Virus record (IMG/VR): IMGVR_UViG_3300027896_000001
Location: 1-64,000 of that record
DNA: 64,000 bases
Origin: a virus
Reading direction: 5' to 3' (one strand)
The position numbers and the translations under genes were made by a program. The notes under the pieces are model-generated. The model was not told the DNA's origin. It worked only from the letters and a program-made list of their open reading frames with translations, and made no database searches. This document shows, in pieces, positions 26,892 through 35,906 of this stretch (position 1 is its first letter; every line of letters begins with the position of its first letter).

Positions 26892-29846
26892 ATGTTTAAT
26901 TTTACAGCATTCATCAGGCGCAGGTGGTCCGAATATTCCAATTCGTCCGGCCAGAAAGGCACGGTTATTGATGAACTTGCTGTAAAACCCACCGGGCTCG
27001 TGCTCGCCGATTTTTATAACACGCTTGTAAGTGAGAAGAGAGTTAATGACGCTTCACAGTGGAAGAATATGAGCGAACCGGAACTTGATATTTTCGGAAA
27101 CAAATTCTTCACTCCGCGCATCTACGGTGATTATGCTTTTGGATACGCAAGAATCTGGTTTGACGAAAAGAAAAATATAGAGATAACTGTTGATGCAAGA
27201 TTCGTTTCCGATGGCGGGCTTCAGTATCGTCCAGTTCAGGCGGGATACGTGAACAGCGGGTCTTTCGTGCGGTCAACGGACCGGTTTGGCTTGTATTACA
27301 TAGACGTCCAAATCATCGCTGTCACGAAAGGTAATGAATACAATATAGACAAGGGAGTGATATCCCAACTCACCGGAATTGATTTTACCTACAAGACAAT
27401 CACCAATCCTGAACCAATCGCAAACGGTTCAAAATTCGAGAATAATGAAACCTATTTCAAACGTCTGAATTACGCGGTAAACGACAGAAGTATGATGAAT
27501 AAACGAAGCATCTTTGCCAAACTGCCTGAATTTTTTCCTGTAGTCCGGTCGATGTATATCTCAAGTCCGGGCGACCGATACATGATGCGCGACCTGGTTG
27601 AGGCCGTTGACCTGTCTGTTCCCATAAAAAGATCGGATTATCTTGGGAAGACACAAGGCGAAAACATGGTTAAGAGCATCGCCTTCAAGCAGATTTTTCC
27701 TTATGAGGCGGGAAACCAAAATGGTTCGAAATGGAATCCGTTTTCAATTCCAACCGATTATAATTATCCTCTGACGATAGAGCCCGTCGATATATTAAGT
27801 TCGGAACCAGCGAAACACGGATACGCACTTAATCAGGAGTTTGACGATGCCGACTATAAAGGTTTGTTTTTTGACGATTATAAGACTTTTATTGAAATTG
27901 CTACACATGATCTTTATAATATTTCTAATGACGCTCTGGGTTATTCTCCTGTTGCTATTCCTAGTATAAACTGGGTTTATGGAGCGCACGGAATGCAGAG
28001 CGGAAATTTCGGACAGCTTGCGGACGGAGTGACTGGGATAGACGTAATTAATTTCAAAACGAACATGCTGTCTCTTGCCGGCGGGGCTTCAAATCCCGTA
28101 TCGGTTGGACTCGATATAAAGAAAAGAATCGGGATCAAAGTGGCAGGATCATTCATATGGCCTGCGGTCTCCGGAGAAAATCCTGCAACAGCAAAAAGCA
28201 ATCTTCAAATAATGGTCGGTGGCATTAACGGGAACCAGATAGACGGATTTACGGGAATAGGCTTCGGTGTCCGTGTTACAAAAGAATTCGTACCTGGCAG
28301 TGCCGATCTTAACGCCATACTTTATTTTGCTCATTCCGAAAGATATCAGTCCGTTCAGGTTTACGGAGATGAAGGAGACATGTCTTCGGTGACTGATACC
28401 GGCGCCCTTGCTGAAACGCAATTCAGGATAGAACCCGGTGTGGAATACGAATTTGAATTTATTGTTTATGACGATTTAAGGTTGACTCTCTATCTTGACA
28501 AATTGACAAACAAGGTCATCAGCGATCCTGATGAAATAGAAAATCAGAAACACTGGATGCTTCCGTCAACAGCCCTGAACATCTTCGGCCAGCAGATATT
28601 CTCCAGTACGACCAATCGTTATGGCACGACAATGAAGGCGACACTTGAAACCTTATCATTAAGCAAGGACGATATATGGACAATCAACAATTTGCGCGCA
28701 TTCGACATTTCGGAAAAAAAGGCCACCGCGTTATTCGCACTTAACATTGAAAACCTGGAGGAACCGATATCGATATTTGCGCGTGCGTCCGGTTCCAGTT
28801 GCGTAGACGGGTTGCAGGGAGACGGATACATAGCGTATATCTGGGACAAAGAACAACCGAATATTGCTGGAGCATCTTCCGAACTCACTACGGGAGGATG
28901 GGTTGAATTGTTTGCGTTGTCGAATCCGGACGGTTCGAGGAATGCGCTTGAGGCTTTGTTTAAGGCCGACATAGATAATCTTGACAGGTATAAAATACAG
29001 AACAGGTTCGGAAAGAACATTTTCATCATGTTTGCCACCACAGGTAATTCAAAGATGAAAAGCCTGTATTCAAATCAGACCGAACAGGATATTCATTCAA
29101 TTTTACACGTTGATTACGTCAAGGCGGAAAGCGGCAATTTCTCATCTTATCATGCGAACAACAAGGCTGACCTATATCTTGCAACCATCAGTAATGCCGA
29201 AGAACTGGACGTTCAAACAATTACGCTTACAAAAGAATCGACCGAAAGCTTTTTCGAAATGAGCGAAGATAGCGGATGCATAATGCCGGTGGTCGATATT
29301 ATTTCAGTCATTATCGGGGAGGCCTCGGCAACGGCGCAGAACCTTGGGCAGAGCGACTATACCGCGGTCAGGGAAGACCCTCTTTATACTGGATCGGCAA
29401 AGGAAAAAATTCGAATCATACTTACAGGATATGACGCCTCCTCGATAACTGTTCAGTATACTTCGTTCCCTCAAATAAGGAGTATACAGAACTTCTTCGA
29501 CAGTTCCGATTATGGTAAAGTATTCGGAGACATTCTCGCCAGACACAAGTATCCGATCAACCTTACCTTCACCATCTATTTCACCGGATCGTCTACGGAG
29601 ACGCAGGTAATCAACACGATCAAACAATATTTCGATGAACATAACGATGGGGTGTTTGTAATCAAGGATCTGATCAGTTATCTTTACAACCAGCAGATTG
29701 TCAATAATGTCCAGGAACCGATAACAATCTCTTATTCAAGATACAACAACCAGAACCAAATAGAAAACGGAGATTTCACTGATCAGATAGAAGCGAGGGA
29801 TATCGATTTCTTCAGAGTTAAATCCATATCCGCCAGCAAACTTTAA
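26892..29846 (+). CDS. Baseplate J / gp6-like wedge protein
   Basis: ELDIFG...R..G.YA.G...F; VQIIAVTKGNEYNI..G.I...; ITNPEPIANGSKFENNETYFKR is a typical baseplate-J pattern. Confidence 0.75.
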   Translation: MFNFTAFIRRRWSEYSNSSGQKGTVIDELAVKPTGLVLADFYNTLVSEKRVNDASQWKNMSEPELDIFGNKFFTPRIYGDYAFGYARIWFDEKKNIEITVDARFVSDGGLQYRPVQAGYVNSGSFVRSTDRFGLYYIDVQIIAVTKGNEYNIDKGVISQLTGIDFTYKTITNPEPIANGSKFENNETYFKRLNYAVNDRSMMNKRSIFAKLPEFFPVVRSMYISSPGDRYMMRDLVEAVDLSVPIKRSDYLGKTQGENMVKSIAFKQIFPYEAGNQNGSKWNPFSIPTDYNYPLTIEPVDILSSEPAKHGYALNQEFDDADYKGLFFDDYKTFIEIATHDLYNISNDALGYSPVAIPSINWVYGAHGMQSGNFGQLADGVTGIDVINFKTNMLSLAGGASNPVSVGLDIKKRIGIKVAGSFIWPAVSGENPATAKSNLQIMVGGINGNQIDGFTGIGFGVRVTKEFVPGSADLNAILYFAHSERYQSVQVYGDEGDMSSVTDTGALAETQFRIEPGVEYEFEFIVYDDLRLTLYLDKLTNKVISDPDEIENQKHWMLPSTALNIFGQQIFSSTTNRYGTTMKATLETLSLSKDDIWTINNLRAFDISEKKATALFALNIENLEEPISIFARASGSSCVDGLQGDGYIAYIWDKEQPNIAGASSELTTGGWVELFALSNPDGSRNALEALFKADIDNLDRYKIQNRFGKNIFIMFATTGNSKMKSLYSNQTEQDIHSILHVDYVKAESGNFSSYHANNKADLYLATISNAEELDVQTITLTKESTESFFEMSEDSGCIMPVVDIISVIIGEASATAQNLGQSDYTAVREDPLYTGSAKEKIRIILTGYDASSITVQYTSFPQIRSIQNFFDSSDYGKVFGDILARHKYPINLTFTIYFTGSSTETQVINTIKQYFDEHNDGVFVIKDLISYLYNQQIVNNVQEPITISYSRYNNQNQIENGDFTDQIEARDIDFFRVKSISASKL

Positions 29847-29857
29847 AGGAGGAACAA

Positions 29858-30010
29858 ATGGGTTCTTTTTTTCAGAAACTCGGAACAGTTGTCGTTAACT
29901 CGGTGATCAAACAGGTTCCAAACCTGGTAGTAGGCATTTTCAAGGCTATTATGAAAAAGAAAACAGACCCAACTCAACCTACGGTCGTTGACAAGCAAAA
30001 ACCGAAATAA
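29858..30010 (+). CDS. 50-aa amphipathic basic peptide
   Basis: AAAGGAGG RBS; MGSFFQKLGTVVVNSVIKQVPNLVVGIFKAIMKKK...; below the track cutoff. Confidence 0.65.
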   Translation: MGSFFQKLGTVVVNSVIKQVPNLVVGIFKAIMKKKTDPTQPTVVDKQKPK

Positions 30011-30019
30011 GGAGACATC

Positions 30020-30286
30020 ATGGGCTTTTTAGACGAAATCAAACAGGCGGCGTTTGAAGACGAATTACTCAAAATCGCCGGAAAAGGGAAAATCATAAAA
30101 GATACGGCCATAGCCTTGCTTAAAAAAAGAAAGCCCATAAAGGCCCTTCATATGTTTGCCCAGCAACATCCTGCAGGATTAACCGCTGGAACCATTGTCG
30201 GAGGGTTCGGCGCTGATGTCGCCGGAGGATATCTTGGAAGCCATAGTGGGGTCAAACACGGCTTGAAGCAAAGCGCAGAAAAATAA
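30020..30286 (+). CDS. Tagged glycine-zipper protein
   Basis: FLDEIKQAAFEDELLKIA; GTIVGGFGADVAGGYLG. Confidence 0.75.
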   Translation: MGFLDEIKQAAFEDELLKIAGKGKIIKDTAIALLKKRKPIKALHMFAQQHPAGLTAGTIVGGFGADVAGGYLGSHSGVKHGLKQSAEK

Positions 30287-30298
30287 AGCGTGGTATAA

Positions 30299-30862
30299 AT
30301 GAGAAACCTATGGGCCAATTATTCAAGTCTTGTTTCAGGAACGGGGTTGTCCAAAGATGACCCTTTAAGTTATCAACAAGTGCGTAACTATTTTAATCCG
30401 CTCATAGGGGATTCATGTCTTATAACGCCGGCTGCAGACGACGTATTGAATTCAACAGGAACAATAGATTTAATAAACGATCCTACAGTATTTAGCATCA
30501 ACAGGCCGCCAATTGATGGGAAAATAATAATCAAGGCCGAATCTGATACGGCCGATCCTTGGAGAATCGAAACTCTTGGGAACGAATCTCTCATAATAAA
30601 TCTTTTAAAAAATGAAGTAGGAAAATATATAAGCGAAATCGAATTGCGTGATTTTGCTATTTTTCAAAACAATCCAGGAAATGTTGTCACAATATTGTCT
30701 AACATGCTTCTTGGAGAAGAAGAGTTCATGAGCATTACATTCAGGGATTTTTTAGTCATCGCAAAAAATAATCTTGATGTTGCGGCGCGGCCAAACAGTG
30801 AAGTAAAATGTTACGGATATTCGTGGTCGGCAAACAAGATATATCTGGTTCCTTCAAACTAA
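30299..30862 (+). CDS. Virion structural domain, paralogous to the N-terminus of 35907..39005
   Basis: SGTGLSKDDPLS / PWRI versus HGDGSEEDPFT / PWRI. Confidence 0.6.
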   Translation: MRNLWANYSSLVSGTGLSKDDPLSYQQVRNYFNPLIGDSCLITPAADDVLNSTGTIDLINDPTVFSINRPPIDGKIIIKAESDTADPWRIETLGNESLIINLLKNEVGKYISEIELRDFAIFQNNPGNVVTILSNMLLGEEEFMSITFRDFLVIAKNNLDVAARPNSEVKCYGYSWSANKIYLVPSN

Positions 30863-30903
30863 CGAGACAACAATGTTGTTCATTTATTCAAAAAGGGGTG
30901 GCA

Positions 30904-31308
30904 ATGAACAAAAAGCCGGAGCAGATAAGACCTTCCGAAAAAAATCAAATCAATGAACCACTTAAAATCGTAGAAGAACTTGGAATATTTTCTGAACGCG
31001 CAAAGACGAAGATAAATTTTCAGAATGTCAATATCTTTGTATGGGACAACGAACCGAATAAATCGTCAACCAAGATCGAGATGGACCATTTTCATGATGG
31101 CGCGAAATGCTGCAAGGTAGTGTGCGGAGAGTGCGAATGGTCCGGTTGGGGAATAAGCGTCAAGGATATTGGATTGATAGCCGGCCTGGGCGCAGACTTA
31201 TCGAAGTTTAAAGGCGGGAAACTTCATCTTTATATCAAAGGAAACGTCCCCAGCCTTGGCATTTCGATAGGATGGTATAATATAGAAAAGGCGGGCGCAC
31301 ACGTATGA
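30904..31308 (+). CDS. N-terminal half of a carbohydrate-binding (galactose-binding-like) domain
   Basis: WSGWGI...DLSKFKGGKLHLYIKG; RBS before ATG 30904. Confidence 0.55.
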   Translation: MNKKPEQIRPSEKNQINEPLKIVEELGIFSERAKTKINFQNVNIFVWDNEPNKSSTKIEMDHFHDGAKCCKVVCGECEWSGWGISVKDIGLIAGLGADLSKFKGGKLHLYIKGNVPSLGISIGWYNIEKAGAHV

Positions 31309-32309
31309 AAAATGTGACGCTCACCTGCATAATTGGAGTAGACCCATTAAAATACGATCTTAATCTGATTGCTCATTTTATTAAACATTACAGGGATATG
31401 GGAATTGAAAAATTCCTTATCGCTGCCAATGCGGAAAGTGAAGAAAGAACAACCGAAGGCGTCAGAATATTGCGGGAATTAGGCATAGAGCCTGTTTTGT
31501 GGATCGGGGAGTTTTTTGAGTTTACAAAATGCAATATTCTTCATCAATTGCAAAAGAAAGTAAAAACCAAATGGACGTTCGTTGTTGATAGTGATGAGTT
31601 TGTCCAAATAAGCAATCTCAAGGCTTTACTTCATACATGCGAGAAAGAGGGTTACATAGCGGTAAGGGGAAACTTCGTAGACAGGATAGCCGCATCGAAT
31701 AAACTTGAACCTGTGAAATCAGATGTCTCGATATGGGAACAGTTCCCGAAGGAAATGGATGTTATAAAACTCTTGGGAGGGGTGACTGAAAAAGCATTCC
31801 TGTTCAAGACCGGACAACACCTGTCTTCTCATGGAGCTCATGGAATATATGATAAAAGATCGACTAAGTTCTGGGGAAAAAAATGGCTTCTCGAAGACAA
31901 GTATTATCATCCTATCTGGTTCAGGGTCGCTCACTTCAAATGGACATTTACCTGTCAAGTAAGATTATCGGCGCGAGTAACGTCGTTTTTAAAGGATTCC
32001 AGGCATTCATGGGTCGGGGAAATAAAAGCGATATGTAAAGCCATAACCGGGGGCAATCTTAATTTTGAGCAACTGGATCAAAGTAAGAAGCCAATAAAAC
32101 TTGATCTTACAAAATACGGATACGTTCCTGGAGACGATAAATGGCACAAAATAGAAATACCGCTTGCTGATTTTGGGAACGTTGATTTTGAGCATATATC
32201 TTATTTTATTTCATTCGGGTCTCCTGCGAAAAATAACAATCCCGAGGATTATGTTCCCGGGTCTTCATACATGATAAGAGACGTGACGTGGGTGACAGAA
32301 GATGAGTAA
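31305..32309 (+). CDS. GT-A (family 2-like) glycosyltransferase fused to a C-terminal carbohydrate-binding half-domain
   Basis: FIKHYRDMGIEKF, WTFVVDSDEF (DxD), VAHFKW; tail KYG...DDKWHKIEIPLADF..VDF...IRDVTW. Confidence 0.75.
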   Translation: MKNVTLTCIIGVDPLKYDLNLIAHFIKHYRDMGIEKFLIAANAESEERTTEGVRILRELGIEPVLWIGEFFEFTKCNILHQLQKKVKTKWTFVVDSDEFVQISNLKALLHTCEKEGYIAVRGNFVDRIAASNKLEPVKSDVSIWEQFPKEMDVIKLLGGVTEKAFLFKTGQHLSSHGAHGIYDKRSTKFWGKKWLLEDKYYHPIWFRVAHFKWTFTCQVRLSARVTSFLKDSRHSWVGEIKAICKAITGGNLNFEQLDQSKKPIKLDLTKYGYVPGDDKWHKIEIPLADFGNVDFEHISYFISFGSPAKNNNPEDYVPGSSYMIRDVTWVTEDE

Positions 32310-32988
32310 ACTTGTATGGAACGATGAGTTCAATTACAATGGATCCCTTGACCCCAAGAAATGGAGTTATGAAATAGGGCTTAATCCTTATAATGCCGAA
32401 AAACAATACTATACAAATAGAAAAGAGAACATAAGAGTTGAAGATGGTGTAATGATTATTGAAGCCCTGAAACACATTAATGACTACACGTCTGCGCGCG
32501 TGCATACCAAAAACAAAGGAGATTGGAAATATTGCCGCGTTGAAGTGCGCGCAAAACTTCCAAGCGGAAAAGGAACATGGCCGGCGATATGGATGCTTCC
32601 TACTGATGAAATTTATGGAAAATGGCCAAACAGCGGCGAGATAGACATCGTTGAACACGTTGGATCAGATCAGGGGAATATATTCTGTTCAAATCATACT
32701 GTTCATTCTTCAAGTAAGACGGCAAACATATTGGTAGACGATTGTTCAAAAGCATTCCATAATTATAGTATAGAGTGGGGTCACGACTGCATCAAAACAT
32801 ATATTGATGAACAGTTGTACGGATCTTTTACCAATCCGGGGAAAGGATGGACTTACTGGCCATTTGACCAAAGGTTCCATCTTGTAATCAACCTGGCCTT
32901 GGGCGGAACTCTCGGAGGAGAAATTGACAATGCAATATTTCCGCAAAAATTCGAAATAAAACATGTAAGAATATATTCATTAGATTAA
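32302..32988 (+). CDS. GH16 glycoside hydrolase (laminarinase/beta-glucanase-like)
   Basis: LVWNDEF, YTSAR, GTWPAIWML, catalytic GEIDIVE, WPFDQRFHLVINLALGG; no signal peptide. Confidence 0.93.
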   Translation: MSKLVWNDEFNYNGSLDPKKWSYEIGLNPYNAEKQYYTNRKENIRVEDGVMIIEALKHINDYTSARVHTKNKGDWKYCRVEVRAKLPSGKGTWPAIWMLPTDEIYGKWPNSGEIDIVEHVGSDQGNIFCSNHTVHSSSKTANILVDDCSKAFHNYSIEWGHDCIKTYIDEQLYGSFTNPGKGWTYWPFDQRFHLVINLALGGTLGGEIDNAIFPQKFEIKHVRIYSLD

Positions 32989-32998
32989 GGAGCTTCCA

Positions 32999-33862
32999 AT
33001 GGAAGAAGTATATCGTAATAACGGAGAAGCGACACGCGTTGCTGTGAATCTGGTGGATGCCAATGATTCACCTAATTATATGGACAATCCTGTTTTCAAT
33101 CCTGGATCCGTTATTCTCATGAAGCACAACGGGTCTATATGGGAATACGAGGATATATCCTCAAGTATTGAGTTTGCCGGAATACACAGAAAACAGGTAA
33201 TTGTTCCTCTCAGCGCGGGACAGTTACAGACCGACCATCCTGAATATCCGATCATTATTCAGTTTCAGGATACTGAAGCATCTATAACAACAACTCCGGC
33301 ACCAACAACAACCCCCGCACCAACAACTACTGGAACAACAACACCTGCACCAACGACAACCCCGGCACCAACAACTGGAGGGCCAACCACACAAGCTCCG
33401 ACGACAACTGGAGCCCCTTATGTGAAATTGTGGTACGATCATACCGTAAAAATATGGGTCAATGATATCCCAGCGAACCTGATGCGCATCAATAAAGTTC
33501 CGAACGCATCGGCTGAACTTACTCTTAAGAACCTGCATATCCAGGCCACTGACGGAGACGCTTTTACTCTTTATTCGAAAGAGGGAAGTTGTTTTGTGCT
33601 AAATGGTTTCAGATCGGCAATGACAATCAGGTCTCCAAGCAATGCGATTGATATTGATGCTGGAGACTGCGGTATCAGTATCATCAGCGGATCAGACGGA
33701 ATTCGTTCTAAGGAATTTAAATTCATTGAGGCTATGATAAAAAACCGTATAAGGAGAAATTTCCCTGAAGATGGTGATGTGACTGTTTATGACCGCAATA
33801 GTATTGACGTCTTGTACAGGATGCACGTTACTGAAGAAGAAAGAACAAGAATTCTCGGATAA
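32999..33862 (+). CDS. Putative virion protein with a TTTPAP linker
   Basis: Internal TTTPAP repeats at 33286-33415. Confidence 0.7.
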   Translation: MEEVYRNNGEATRVAVNLVDANDSPNYMDNPVFNPGSVILMKHNGSIWEYEDISSSIEFAGIHRKQVIVPLSAGQLQTDHPEYPIIIQFQDTEASITTTPAPTTTPAPTTTGTTTPAPTTTPAPTTGGPTTQAPTTTGAPYVKLWYDHTVKIWVNDIPANLMRINKVPNASAELTLKNLHIQATDGDAFTLYSKEGSCFVLNGFRSAMTIRSPSNAIDIDAGDCGISIISGSDGIRSKEFKFIEAMIKNRIRRNFPEDGDVTVYDRNSIDVLYRMHVTEEERTRILG

Positions 33863-33869
33863 AAAAAAT

Positions 33870-35375
33870 ATGCCGTATAGTATAAGTTTTGATAATAACA
33901 GCGGATGGTATTTGCCTAATCCAAGAACTCCATCGGATTACGCTTCTATGGCGGCTATACCTTATTCAGGGAATGGCTTTTATACTTTAGATGGTTCTGA
34001 TGTTGCTAATGGGGATTTAACAGCTCTTAAAGGGGGGCCTCCTGCTAAAGGCGACGTATGGTTTCCATCAAATTGGCCGGCATTTTTTGCCGGCATTGAC
34101 GCTGGAGAGTTTGCAACAGTTCAAGAAGCTCTCGATTCTATATTTTTTGGTCCTAGCCATTCTTGGTATGTTTATTATGGAGTCGCTCTTAATACTTCCA
34201 ATGATACAGTGGATAATGGATTTGCAACTATAAAAGGATCCCCATTATCAGCTGGAGATGTTTTCCAGATCAGTTCATATACTCCAGAAGCGCCATGGGA
34301 TATGGATGCAATGGAGTATTCCGGAAAATCCTTTTATCATGGCATGCAGGGTTTCGGATTGTATATCAGTCCTGACGGACTGCATATGTATGTTTTCAAC
34401 AATAGCGGACCTCAACTTCGTCAATATTCTTTAGGCACAGCTTTTGATTTATCTACTGTAACTTATACTGGAAAAACGCTTTCCTGGACGCATGGATCCG
34501 GACCAAGAAATATTTTCTTTTCGACTGACGGAACAAAGATGTACGCGTCTGAGGGAAGCGCGGGCGGTCCGGTTTATCAATATAGTCTCAGCACTCCTTG
34601 GGACATAACCACGGCAACAGATTCATGTTCGTATTCTCCTGCACAAATTTTAGTGTGGTTATATGGATTGACTTTTTCAAATGATGGAACAAAAATGTAT
34701 TGTTGCGATACTGATTATGGAACCAGTACGCCAATTGTTTATGAATATTCGCTTTCAGTTGCCTGGGATTTATCTTCAACAGTAACTTATTTGGGAAAAA
34801 GCCTTAATCTTAGCGGACAATGCGCGCAAGTATACGGGATCTGTATTTCTACCGACGGAACAAAGTTTTATGCAGGCGGTAATGATAATACGATTTTCGA
34901 ATACGTTCTTGGAACACCATTTGATTTAAGTACCGGAGCTTATACCGGAAAATCATGTAGTCTTGGCGCTTCAGGAAGCGTAAAATCGTTTGGCGTGGTC
35001 ATGTCAAATGATGGCGTTCGTATGTATTCGAACTGTGCTGATAGCAAGAATGTTTTTGAATATTCAGTAGAAGAAACGACTACAACAACTACTGCCGGCC
35101 CGACTACAACGTCTGGACCAACAACGACTCCTGGGCCAACAACGACTCCTGGGCCAACATCAACCACAACTCCCGGACCTACGCCACCGGTGGAACTTCC
35201 AGTAATGGAAACATTAGCTTTATATGGATATAAAAGTCCTATAGAAATGCTTGCACTTGCTACTTATGGATGGATGCAGGAAGCCGAACCTGAACCTCCT
35301 ACCGGAGCTGCATTTCTGTATATTTATGACGGGGTGATTAAGACAAATCAACTTATAGATTTGATATTGGCATAA
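33870..35375 (+). CDS. Beta-propeller-containing fibre/decoration protein with a Thr/Pro linker
   Basis: About five repeats of (F/I)SxDGxK(M/F)Y...(Q/E)YSLxxx(W/F)DLST; TTTPGP repeats near the C-terminus; start moved to ATG 33870. Confidence 0.75.
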   Translation: MPYSISFDNNSGWYLPNPRTPSDYASMAAIPYSGNGFYTLDGSDVANGDLTALKGGPPAKGDVWFPSNWPAFFAGIDAGEFATVQEALDSIFFGPSHSWYVYYGVALNTSNDTVDNGFATIKGSPLSAGDVFQISSYTPEAPWDMDAMEYSGKSFYHGMQGFGLYISPDGLHMYVFNNSGPQLRQYSLGTAFDLSTVTYTGKTLSWTHGSGPRNIFFSTDGTKMYASEGSAGGPVYQYSLSTPWDITTATDSCSYSPAQILVWLYGLTFSNDGTKMYCCDTDYGTSTPIVYEYSLSVAWDLSSTVTYLGKSLNLSGQCAQVYGICISTDGTKFYAGGNDNTIFEYVLGTPFDLSTGAYTGKSCSLGASGSVKSFGVVMSNDGVRMYSNCADSKNVFEYSVEETTTTTTAGPTTTSGPTTTPGPTTTPGPTSTTTPGPTPPVELPVMETLALYGYKSPIEMLALATYGWMQEAEPEPPTGAAFLYIYDGVIKTNQLIDLILA

Positions 35376-35386
35376 TAAGGAATTAT

Positions 35387-35905
35387 ATGAAAATTTTTAT
35401 CCCATATTCCAAGGACAGGCCGATCAAACCGGAAGTTCTGTCTTCTATACCATCTCCTTACGATGTAGTAAAAATTAACTGCACTTTTGACAAAAGCATT
35501 ATAAAACCTCAACGGATAATAATGGCGGAGAAAAAGTTTAAAGAAATCGCTTTAAGAGAAGAATATGATTTTTATATATACTTGCAAAGCGATATTGTTT
35601 TTTTAAGAAAAGAAAGTCTTTTAATGATGGAGTTATTTTTAAAAACTCATACCGATTTTGGGGCTGTGGCATTATCTAGAGTAAACATAATAAAAGGCGA
35701 CATAATTTATGATAATGATAAAAAAAATTACATTGTTAGCGGGTGTACGATGTTTACAAGGCATGGACTTGAAAAAGTTAAATTTGAATATCCTGATAAT
35801 AAGAAAAGACCGTCGGCAGCAGCTATTTCAATTTCTCTTTTTGAGGCTGGGTTAAAATACGGATACGTGGGAAGAGCAGCCGTAATAAGACATATTAGAG
35901 GATAA
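35387..35905 (+). CDS. Possible divergent GT-A glycosyltransferase
   Basis: MKIFIPY, YDFYIYLQSDIVF, GCTMFTRHGLEKVKF and a C-terminal H resemble minimal GT2; the DxD is imperfect. Confidence 0.45.
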   Translation: MKIFIPYSKDRPIKPEVLSSIPSPYDVVKINCTFDKSIIKPQRIIMAEKKFKEIALREEYDFYIYLQSDIVFLRKESLLMMELFLKTHTDFGAVALSRVNIIKGDIIYDNDKKNYIVSGCTMFTRHGLEKVKFEYPDNKKRPSAAAISISLFEAGLKYGYVGRAAVIRHIRG

Positions 35906-35906
35906 A

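Larger units (their letters stand above)
16252..30079 (+). repeat. Dispersed protein-level repeat F(D/E)QIKEAAF(I/V)DEL(E/Q)KI(A/S), 13 copies
   Basis: Copies near 16252, 17361, 17680, 18800, 19106, 19460, 20227, 21818, 22148, ~23440 (partial), 26237, 26644 and 30020; codons vary synonymously between copies. Confidence 0.95.

Noticed and set aside
16252-30079. Tag repeats as a CRISPR array, DGR or DNA-level repeat element
   Set aside because: Copies are in-frame coding, irregularly spaced and vary at synonymous positions; no cas, reverse transcriptase or integrase gene is in the window.
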